A DNA stretch of 34,698 nt from Chrysochromulina tobinii (Eukaryota), in assembly GCA_001275005.1 (NCBI GenBank), contig JWZX01003295.1:1-34698 (forward strand), read 5' to 3'. Made by a program: the position numbers and the translations under genes. This document shows, piece by piece, positions 20,276 to 28,745 of the stretch (position 1 is its first letter; the number at the start of each line of letters is the position of its first letter). The notes below the pieces were generated by a model. That model ran no database searches. It worked only from the letters and a program-made list of their open reading frames with translations, and was not told the DNA's origin.

Positions 20276-20871
20276 ATGCTTCTCTGCCTGGACGGCCGCC
20301 TTCTATGCCTTCGCGCGGGTTTCCAGCCCCGGGCTGTATCTCCCATCGCCGTGAGCGTGCTCCGATAGCACTCCTGCCATCAAGCACAATGCCATCGGTG
20401 TCCAACGCAGCACATTCGTTCATTGCATCATTGACCCAGTCTCGCTCACGATCGCAAAGGTGCTGCTGGCGGCCGGCGGCGTCGGCGTGGCAGTGTCGAT
20501 CAAGGATGAGAACAACCTGAGTATCGGCGCACGCATGGCCTCGGGCTTGACTGGTGCTCCGGCCGATAAGGTCCAGTCATGGTATGACGCACGGCCTATG
20601 ACGCTGCCGCCTTGCGGCATACCATGCTATACGAGATAATGGCAGCGGCGACGCCGTGGTCCATTCCTGGTTCGACTCGGGTGTGCGGCTGGAGCCGGTA
20701 GCGCAAGTCGTGTCCTGGTTCGATGCCGGCGTGCGTCTGGACCTCGCGGCGCCGGTCAATTCCTGGTTTGATTCGGGCCTTCGCCTCGAGGCTTCAACGT
20801 CCATCTCAACACCAGTCCATGAGGCTTCCACAACGGCCCTAGCCCTGTGCGAGCTGACGGGAGTCGACTGA
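20276..20871 (+). pseudogene. Disrupted gene for a signal/transit-peptide protein with SW[YF]D[SA]GxRL repeats
   Basis: MLLCL..AGFQP leader, stop/frameshift near 20366, TM-like KVLLAAGGVGVAV, SWYDA at 20577, then three motifs at 20665, 20713 and 20761 (48-bp period). Confidence 0.5.
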
Positions 20872-20899
20872 CGCTGCAGCCGCTCGACATCGATCGCTG

Positions 20900-21400
20900 A
20901 GGCCAGCTTCAGGCGCACGGCCATGTCGAAGCTCGCCAGCAACACTTCTGCACTCTCAAGGCGAACTCCGGAGTCAAACCACGACAGGACCGGCGCGCTG
21001 CTTCTGGAACAGTGACCAGGCGAACGCCGGAGTCGAATCACGACAATTCTGTAACTGCTGCTGCTGCCGGTGCGAGCGCTGCGAGCGCTGTGGAAATATG
21101 GAGGCGAAGACCCGAATCAAACCACGAAAGGGCCGGCATCAACGATCGCTTGCAGGTGGTGGCCGTTGTGGCCTTGGGGATGCTGACCTCGTTGGGCTCG
21201 AGGCTCGGGTAATCCAGCCAGGACAGGCCGGTGCCACAGCGGGCATCAAGGTGGCGACGGTGGCGGGCTCGACAGCACCCTTGCCGGCCTGCGCACAGAG
21301 ACGCGCTCGGTCTCGATACGAAGGCCTCGTCGGCATGCGCACAGAGACGCGCTTGCGCGTCGAGGCTTCGGGCATGGCGATCGTCGCGGCCTCGGAGAGC
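20900..21400 (-). pseudogene. Convergent decayed paralog with SWFDSGxRL repeats
   Basis: Motifs at 21127-21101, 21043-21017 (Trp TGG to TGA) and 20984-20958, with frameshifts between them. A possible leader MLFIHTLNVIFTASAG lies at 21775. Confidence 0.5.
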
Positions 21401-21519
21401 CTGTCACTGAGGAGACGTCCCCACAGGTGCGCCTCCCAAATTTGGGCATGGCGATCGTCGCGGCCTCGGAGAGCCTGTCACTGAGGAGACGTCCCCACAG
21501 GTGCACCTCCCAAATTTGG
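21370..21519. repeat. 74-bp tandem duplication containing ccccacaggtg
   Basis: Copies start at 21370 and 21444. A third ccccacaggtg lies near 21528. Confidence 0.85.
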
Positions 21520-22186
21520 CCCATGTTTCCCCACAGGTGTTTCTTGGGCCGTCGATCGCATATGTCCGCACGGGCGAGGCGACACCGTCGCTTTGGCCAC
21601 TCCTGCCACTGGTCGGTCGCTGGGCAGAATCCGCTCAGCGCAGCACGCGTTGAGTGGCTGAGACTGCCGCGCGCATGGTGACCTGCATGGCGGCGGACAT
21701 CTCATCCTCCCGCTATCCTGCGTACGTGCCTGCGCTGGCTGTGAAGATCACGTTGAGCGTGTGAATGAAGAGCATGGCTGGTTCGATACCGCGGCATGGA
21801 GGCGATGGCGAGCAAGGAGCAACGTGGCTCGACCAGGTTTGATGAGAGATGTGGCTGGATCGGGTTGATGCGCACACAAAGACTATAACAGTACACACAT
21901 ACATGTAAGTTAATAGGTGGATAATCCCAACGGTGTATATTACGGACCTCGGACGCCTAGAAAGTGTGTCCCTTACGCGCACCGTGCTGCGGGTGACCTG
22001 ACTCCGTCGGACTGTATCTGTTCAAGAACGCGAGGAAGTGACTGAACCGACAGGCGCCGTGCGCGTTCTGGGCTGCACTAAAAGCGTCGTGTTGAACAGA
22101 ATCGATTGCGCTCGTCAATCGCTGCAGTCAATCGCGTCGCTCGCGCTCGCGCCCTCGCTCGCTCGCGCGCCCCTTTTGTGCGAACG

Positions 22187-23194
22187 ATGGCAGCGCTGAC
22201 GTTGGCTTCTCTGACCTCAGCGATTGCTGCCGCTGCCGCCGCCGCCGGTGCAAAAACAAGCTCACAGCCAAAGACGTTGGGCACCTTCTACGGCTCGATC
22301 TCGCCCACGCGCGTCAGCTTTGCCTTCTTCCTCGCGCTGGCCATTTCTGTCCGTGGGTATCGGAAGGGATCGCTGAACAGAAGTGGCGCTACGCTGGCGC
22401 TCTTCGTCGGATTCATTTCGTGCGCGGCGAGCGTCAGCTTTGGCATCACCCTGATCGTATTTTTCCTCGGATCCAGCAAGGTGACGCGTATTGGTGCCGA
22501 GAAGAAGAAGAAGATTGAGGACGGCCACCAGGTCGGCGGCAACCGCAACTGGGTGCAAGTCGCCGCAAATGGCGGCTTTGGCACCGCGGTTGCGTGGCTA
22601 TTCTTGACTCGCTGGATGCCGCTCGGGCTGCCCGCCGAGCTGCCGCTCGACAACGCGCGCCACCCTGTAGAGACGTGGCTGCAGCTCGCCTATGTGTGCC
22701 ACTATGCCGCGTGCAACGCCGACACGTGGGCGTCGGAGCTCGGCGTGCTGAGTACGGTAAAGCCCCGGCTGATCACTGCGCCGTGGCGGGAGGTGCCCAC
22801 GGGCACGAACGGTGGCGTCACCGTCGCTGGCACGGCTGCGAGCGCCGCGGGCGGCCTCGTCATTGGCCTCACATTTTGGCTCGTGGGCCTTGTCATGCGC
22901 ACGAGCTGGTTTCTCTCGCCTAGGCTGCTGACCGAGGCGCCGCCGCAGTGGCCGGTGGTGTTCGTCGGCGGCGCGGCGGGCTTGCTGGGCTCGATGATCG
23001 ACTCGTTGCTCGGCGCGACCCTGCAGTACTCAGGCTGGTGTTCGAAAAAGAAGCTCGTCGTCGAGGAGCCGTCGGACACGTCGACGAGGATTTCGGGATG
23101 GGACGTACTCAGTAACCACCAAGTCAACTTCTTTGCGGCCGCGTTCACGGGGTGGATTGGCGCACGCACAGCCCGGCGGGTCCTCTTCTACTAA
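22187..23194 (+). CDS. TMEM19: TMEM19 / DUF92 family integral membrane protein
   Basis: KGSLNRSGA, LIVFFLGSSKVT, GGNRNWVQVAANG, ADTWASELG, PRLIT..REVPTGTNGGVT..GT, GSMIDSLLGATLQ, LSNHQVN. Confidence 0.92.
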   Translation: MAALTLASLTSAIAAAAAAAGAKTSSQPKTLGTFYGSISPTRVSFAFFLALAISVRGYRKGSLNRSGATLALFVGFISCAASVSFGITLIVFFLGSSKVTRIGAEKKKKIEDGHQVGGNRNWVQVAANGGFGTAVAWLFLTRWMPLGLPAELPLDNARHPVETWLQLAYVCHYAACNADTWASELGVLSTVKPRLITAPWREVPTGTNGGVTVAGTAASAAGGLVIGLTFWLVGLVMRTSWFLSPRLLTEAPPQWPVVFVGGAAGLLGSMIDSLLGATLQYSGWCSKKKLVVEEPSDTSTRISGWDVLSNHQVNFFAAAFTGWIGARTARRVLFY

Positions 23195-23799
23195 GTTGGA
23201 GAGGCGGGCAACGGTCGCACGGGAGCATACCGCACGACCTCGATGGCCAGCTGGAGCCTCAGCCTCTCGTAGTCACGTCGTCACTCGCGTGAGGTGAGAG
23301 GTGAGTACACGGAGCTGGGAGCTGCGTGTAGAAACGAACATATCCTGACACACATCCCCATTGTCATCGTGAGTTGTCTGCGAGGAGCGGAGACGAGAGA
23401 GTGAGCGAGTCTTGAGGTCTCTATCGTGTATTCTGTCATTGTATTCTGTGGGGTGGAACGAGACAAAGCTATCAATGTTAAACCGGAACCGTATCCTCCG
23501 TATCGGCTCGCGTGTACCAGAAATGAGGCCTCTGAGTACTGATAAAGACAAAGATGTTCAACCGTATGTACCGGTCCGGTAGTTTGTACGATATTTACAC
23601 ACAGGTTTACACACCGCGTCTCAAAAAAAATGAGAGGCGACCATGTGTTGCGTAAACGTTTACATCGCACGCTTGGGCGCTGAGCATGCATCGACCATCG
23701 TCGGTCGGATGGTGCGTCGCTTGCTCGCGATTCGCACTTTCAGCCAGCTGCTCCGAGCCGAGGAGCGAGGACCTCGCACCCGCCCGCGCCGCGGGGGAT

Positions 23800-26700
23800 T
23801 CAGACGTCGATGGTGACGTTGTACTGGATCGCCGCTTGACGCAGCGCCGCCTTGCCCATCTCGTTGATCATGTCGTCCTGCGCACCGATGTACTTGATCG
23901 ACTTGTTGTGCGGCAGCATCTCAATGATTGTCTTCGCTCCCTCGTAACCGATTTGGTTGGCGAGGAGGAACACGCGGTCCACGGAGGTGTTGATCTTGAG
24001 CGCATCAGCGAGGGCCTTCATGCCCTCAGCATGGATGGCACAGAAGCGCAAGTCGAGGTCGCGCACGTCGTCATTCGTCTTGAGCATCTCGGCGATGTAG
24101 GCCATGCCCTCTGCCTTGAGCGGGTTGCGCTCCAGCCCGAGCTCGAGGAGCACGGGTCTACAGTTTGTGATGAGCCTCGCGATGAGCGAGGCCGAGAGTG
24201 GCCCGAGGCGACGAGACGAGAGGTCGATGAGCTCCTTGGGCTTAAAGCCTTTGAGCTGCAAGACGGGCACCCCATGCGAGTTCGAGCCCGCGAGGGACTC
24301 AAGCACGAGTGTGTCAAGCGTGATGTTGCTCGTCACGCCCTCGTAGAGCGCGTTGATACCCTTGACGTCGATGCGCTCGTTGCCCGACAGCCGCATCATG
24401 CTCAGCTTCGAGTTGAACGTCAGGGCTCTCGCGAGCTCGGCAACACCGTTATTGTCGAGCTCGTTGCCATGCAGATCGATGGACACGACCGTCCGATTGA
24501 AGCGCAGAAACTGGCGGAGAGCCTGGCAGCTCTTGATGCCGAGCTTGTTCTTGACGAAGTTGAGCTCGACCATCTCTGGACCTGCGTTTAGCGCGATCGC
24601 CCAGACCAGGTTCACGCCAAGGACGTCAGCAAGGCCCTCGCCCGAGCACCCGGCAACCGCCACCGTCGACAGCGCCCTATAGCTACCGAGCGAGGCGATC
24701 TTTTGCGTCACATCGAGCATGGCGTCGTCGTCGGGCACGGCTATCTTTGCCGCGCGTAGCTGCTCGAGGGTCACATCGGCTCCGGGCCCTGCGACGAGCT
24801 CGAGAGCGAGGCCGGCTTGCGCACACTCCTTGAGGGCCGCAAAGGTCGGTGATCCGACGCCAAGGCTACCAAGAATCTCCTTGGCTGAGTAGCCGATCGT
24901 CTCCAGCTCTGCGGTCGTGTACTTGGAATCGCGCAGGTCCATGGCGCTGAATCCAGCGAGCATGAGATGCTTGGCCATCTCATCAGGGAAGGCGGACGCG
25001 CTCTTGCCGCCCTGTTTGAACACGCTGGCAAGCGTCTCATCGGCCGACGCGGAAACACAGATGCGCGAGGCGTCTGAGCTTGGCGGCACCATCTGCACGC
25101 TCGCGAAAGTGCTCGGCTCGAGCATGCCACCGCAGCAGTTGCGCAGGGTCGCGGCGACGAGGATGGCGTCCACGTCGCTCATGCTGCTGATCTGCGCCGC
25201 ATGGACGGCGCCGCAGAAGCGCAGTTTCTTGCGGTTTGCGGCCGCGGAGACCAGCATGACGGCAGCCTCCACGCCAATGCGCGCGGGCAATCCAAAATCG
25301 AGATTGGTCAAGTTGGGGAGCTCTGAGGCGTCGGCAAGCAGCGCAGCAAGCGACGCAACGCCCGCCGACGTCTTCTCGCTAAAGTCGATGTTGCCGGCAA
25401 AGGGCAGCGTGAGCTCCCTGAGCGCGGCCTGGCCGCGCAGCGGCTCCCAGTTGAGGGCGATGAGTACCTTGATTTGGTGCTCGGTCACGCGGAGCTCCAT
25501 TAGACCCTTTCCGAGGCGCTGTGACACGGCGTTGCCGATCGTGGTGCCGCAGATGGTGAAGCAGTTGAGCATCCAGCGGTCGTTAAGCACATGCAACGCG
25601 CCGCGCTCCCAGACGGACTGCGCCTTCAAGGCCAAGTGCTCAGGAATGAGTTCATCGCTCAGTCGCGCGGGCGTCCAGCACAGGCCCTCCGCGAAGAAAG
25701 ACTCCTGGAAGGAGAGATGCTTGAATTGGTACTTGGTGAGTGGATCGGTCGTCTTTCTGGTCGCTTCGGCCACGCTCAAGCCCACATCGAGTGTCTTGAT
25801 GAGCGGCACGCCGGCCTCTTCGATCTCGAGCCGCTGCCACATGGCGAGGCCCGCATCATCGCCCTCGAGCACAAGCTTCACGTCGAGGCTCGTGAACTCG
25901 CGCCGCTGCACCAGGTGGTTGGTCATCGCAATCTTGGCGAGCATCAGCCCGCAGGTGACGTACTCGGCGTGGTCGGTGAAGCGGCGCTTCATCGACGCGC
26001 GCACCGCCGCAGTGTACAAGTGGAGCCGGGATGTCGGCAACGAGCCCGAGCCATAGGCGGCAATGTGCTCCAGGCAAAGCACGTACATCGAGAGCATCAC
26101 GGGGACAGCGCTCGCCAGCTCAAAAAATTCCATCGTGTTTGCGAACACCGCAGGTGCGTCTGCCTTCGCGACGCCGCTCTTGAGCAGGTTGGAGTAGATG
26201 GCGTCGTACGACCCGCCGCCCAGTTCCCTCATCACGGCGAAAACCTCCTCGGACTCCTTACCCGCCGCCCGCGCCGCCTTGCCGATCTTGACCAGTACGA
26301 TGAGGTGGTCGTACTCCTTGCTGTTCTTGAGCTGGAACGCGACCGCCTGCTTCTGCTGCTCGTCGCTGAGCGGCGCCAAGTCCATTGTGATGAACTTGCC
26401 ATACCTTTCGAGCCGCACGCCCTCGGGGCGCGACGAGGCGACCATGCGAATGCCCATCGGGTTGAGGCCGTCAACGATGAGATTCTCGATTTTTGCCTTG
26501 AGGCCGGCTGCCTCGTCGACGCCGTCGATGCAGAGCACGAGAGCGCGCGCCTCGTACGCCTGGAGCAGCAAGTCCCTGGTCTGGCCTGTAAACTCAACGT
26601 TGATGTACGCGGAGAGCAGGTCGCTCTCTTGCGAATTGAGGGTGCCCCGCTTCATGTACGACGCGAGGCGCTGCACGCTGAGCAGCATCGGAACCAGCGC

Positions 26701-27603
26701 GATGCCCACATCAGTTTTCGATTTCGACTGGAGGCGCTTTGCCACCAAGCGCGTCAACTGCTGCAGTGAGACCGTCTTGCCCGTCCCAGGGCCGGCACGC
26801 ACGAGCACGCCCTGGGCGCCATGCATGCCCTGCGCGCGCTTGGACGATGACTTGGTGAGGTGCTCCGTCAGGTCCTCCATGCTCGAAATGCCCGCCCAGG
26901 CTGTGCCCTCAGACTTCTTATCGGTCAGCACGGTGATGTAGATGAGTTGATCGTCGCAGTTGAGGCGGTTGCCGGTGATGGCATCCTCGATGAGCGAAAA
27001 CTGTTCGACGACCTCCTGCAAGTACATGGCACGCACCTTGTTGTACTTCGCCACGGACTCAAAGCGCTGCTTCGCGTGGTTGAACTTGTTCAGGTCGATG
27101 AGAGTCTTGCCCGGCTGCCTCGCGACAGTCACCTGGTGCGTGCTGCCGCTTCCGACCCGCTTCACGACGGTCGCGTCGACGACACTCTGCGAATCCTTGG
27201 TGACCATAAAAAGGCGCTCGCCCGGCTCATACTTTGGGATTTCGGCCAAGCGCCCCTCGACCTTACGGTTGCCGATGTGCACGTCGATGGCGCTGCCAAT
27301 CTTCTTGGGCAGCTTCATGACGAAAGCATTGAAATCTTCGGCGGCGGCATCATCGTCGCGATTGGCCGCGTCTTCTGTGTACGCGGTGAAGTCTTCGAAG
27401 GTCGCGCTCGCCGCGGGGCGCTTGAGCACGACCTTGATCACCTCGCCGCCATTGTCTGCGAAAAGTTCGTACTCGTTTTTGTTCTCCAACTTCTTTCCGA
27501 CCTTGTACGACGACCAGCCGTCACCCGCCGGGATCTCCACTCGCACGGGCACACCCTTGCGGATCATGAACGGGTCCTCGGGGGAGCTCAGCCCGCACCC
27601 CAT
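23800..27603 (-). CDS. NACHT NTPase-LRR (NLR-like) protein with N-myristoylation/palmitoylation motif, about 1267 aa
   Basis: Start MGCGLSS; Walker A AGPGTGKT; Walker B LCIDGVDE; ASSRP; VPVML; winged-helix YQFKHLSFQE; C-terminal RNI-like LRRs (DLHGNELDNNGVAELARAL, LAN.IGYEGAK). Confidence 0.85.
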   Translation of the reverse strand: MGCGLSSPEDPFMIRKGVPVRVEIPAGDGWSSYKVGKKLENKNEYELFADNGGEVIKVVLKRPAASATFEDFTAYTEDAANRDDDAAAEDFNAFVMKLPKKIGSAIDVHIGNRKVEGRLAEIPKYEPGERLFMVTKDSQSVVDATVVKRVGSGSTHQVTVARQPGKTLIDLNKFNHAKQRFESVAKYNKVRAMYLQEVVEQFSLIEDAITGNRLNCDDQLIYITVLTDKKSEGTAWAGISSMEDLTEHLTKSSSKRAQGMHGAQGVLVRAGPGTGKTVSLQQLTRLVAKRLQSKSKTDVGIALVPMLLSVQRLASYMKRGTLNSQESDLLSAYINVEFTGQTRDLLLQAYEARALVLCIDGVDEAAGLKAKIENLIVDGLNPMGIRMVASSRPEGVRLERYGKFITMDLAPLSDEQQKQAVAFQLKNSKEYDHLIVLVKIGKAARAAGKESEEVFAVMRELGGGSYDAIYSNLLKSGVAKADAPAVFANTMEFFELASAVPVMLSMYVLCLEHIAAYGSGSLPTSRLHLYTAAVRASMKRRFTDHAEYVTCGLMLAKIAMTNHLVQRREFTSLDVKLVLEGDDAGLAMWQRLEIEEAGVPLIKTLDVGLSVAEATRKTTDPLTKYQFKHLSFQESFFAEGLCWTPARLSDELIPEHLALKAQSVWERGALHVLNDRWMLNCFTICGTTIGNAVSQRLGKGLMELRVTEHQIKVLIALNWEPLRGQAALRELTLPFAGNIDFSEKTSAGVASLAALLADASELPNLTNLDFGLPARIGVEAAVMLVSAAANRKKLRFCGAVHAAQISSMSDVDAILVAATLRNCCGGMLEPSTFASVQMVPPSSDASRICVSASADETLASVFKQGGKSASAFPDEMAKHLMLAGFSAMDLRDSKYTTAELETIGYSAKEILGSLGVGSPTFAALKECAQAGLALELVAGPGADVTLEQLRAAKIAVPDDDAMLDVTQKIASLGSYRALSTVAVAGCSGEGLADVLGVNLVWAIALNAGPEMVELNFVKNKLGIKSCQALRQFLRFNRTVVSIDLHGNELDNNGVAELARALTFNSKLSMMRLSGNERIDVKGINALYEGVTSNITLDTLVLESLAGSNSHGVPVLQLKGFKPKELIDLSSRRLGPLSASLIARLITNCRPVLLELGLERNPLKAEGMAYIAEMLKTNDDVRDLDLRFCAIHAEGMKALADALKINTSVDRVFLLANQIGYEGAKTIIEMLPHNKSIKYIGAQDDMINEMGKAALRQAAIQYNVTIDV

Positions 27604-27718
27604 CCCGGCGAGCGAGCGGACGAGCGCGCCGAATGGAAGCACAGTAGCCTCTATCCACGCTGTGCGCGCCAACCACTTACAAACTTTCAACCTTAAGTTT
27701 TCGTACCTTCCCAGTTCC

Positions 27719-27747
27719 AAAACACCGGGAGGAGCCGGGATACACAC
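27719..27747 (+). promoter_or_regulatory. Solo copy of the dispersed motif in the NLR/PFDN3 bidirectional promoter
   Basis: aaaacaccgggaggagccgggatacacac. The regulatory role is inferred from position only. Confidence 0.4.
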
Positions 27748-27859
27748 GGGACGGACGCACAGATCACACAGATCTTCTCGTGACGCCATAGTGTGGAATG
27801 CGAAATGCAAACGGCGTTCGTGACGGCGCTCTGACGACGAAGAGGCCTGCGCCGCGAAC

Positions 27860-28564
27860 ATGGCGGCCCCCTTCACTGCGGAGGATGCTGAGGCCTCGAC
27901 GAAAGAGGCCATGCCGACGGCTGTATTCATTGTGCGCTCGCGCGCCTGCCATGATGCCGACTCCCCAAGTCGCTGCACGCTATGCCGAGCTTTGTCCGAC
28001 CGTCGCGGCTCCCGCCTTTCCTCTCGTTGCTTGCAGGAGGACATCGAGGCTTACATGAAGAAGGAGGGCGACCCTGGGACGGCGCTCGACAAGTTACAGA
28101 AGCTCTACCAGGTCTTCAAATTCATCGAGCAGCGGCTCACGCAGAAGAAGAACAAACTCAAGATGAAGAAGCCTGAGATTGAGAAGACGTATGCAGCACT
28201 ATGCGCAATGGAGGAGCAGGCGAAGAAGGGCGAGCCGCTCGTGATGCACTACGAGCTGGCGCAGTCGGTGAGCGCGAAGGCCATCGTCAACGTGCATGAG
28301 AGCGACAAGGTTTGCCTCTGGTTGGGCGCGAACGTCATGCTCGAGTACCCGCGCGCTGAGGCGATCGCTCTGCTTGCGCAGCAGCTCGCAGACTGTAAAA
28401 AGGCGCTCGCGACGACGATCGATGACATGGGCTTCCTGCGCGACCAGATCACCACGACCGAGGTCAACATGGCGCGTGTCTTCAACTGGGACGTTAAGGA
28501 TCGGCGGATCAAGAAGGAGAAGGAGGAGAAGATTGCACGCGGCGAGGCGGTCGACGTCGAATGA
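27860..28564 (+). CDS. PFDN3: Prefoldin subunit 3 (VBP1/PAC10); exons 27860-27931 and 28037-28564
   Basis: MPTAVFI|EDI after removing a 105-nt in-frame intron gtgcgc...ttgcag. KVCLWLGANVMLEY and FLRDQITTTEVNMARVFNWDV are diagnostic. Confidence 0.95.
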   Translation: MAAPFTAEDAEASTKEAMPTAVFIVRSRACHDADSPSRCTLCRALSDRRGSRLSSRCLQEDIEAYMKKEGDPGTALDKLQKLYQVFKFIEQRLTQKKNKLKMKKPEIEKTYAALCAMEEQAKKGEPLVMHYELAQSVSAKAIVNVHESDKVCLWLGANVMLEYPRAEAIALLAQQLADCKKALATTIDDMGFLRDQITTTEVNMARVFNWDVKDRRIKKEKEEKIARGEAVDVE

Positions 28565-28745
28565 GGCGTGGAATGGGGGGCGGTTGCGTTGCGAAAGAGC
28601 ACCCCTCCTTCGCGCGTTAGGTCCTATTTCACCTTCAAAATCTATTCACATTCACATGCATTCATACAACGACGGCAGGTTCGCAAACCGTCAGACCTGT
28701 CCGGAAAGGAGCGCTGAGCGCTCTCCTCCCCTTGCCCGACCGGCC

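Noticed and set aside
20055..21040. In-frame TGA codons (20055, 21038) as selenocysteine or a Trp recoding
   Set aside because: Many genes here end in TGA, no SECIS was identified, and nearby frameshifts favour decay.
27604..28044. N-terminal extension of the 1414-aa ORF
   Set aside because: It is antisense to prefoldin 3 and runs through promoter-like DNA. MGCGLSS at 27603 is the more plausible start.
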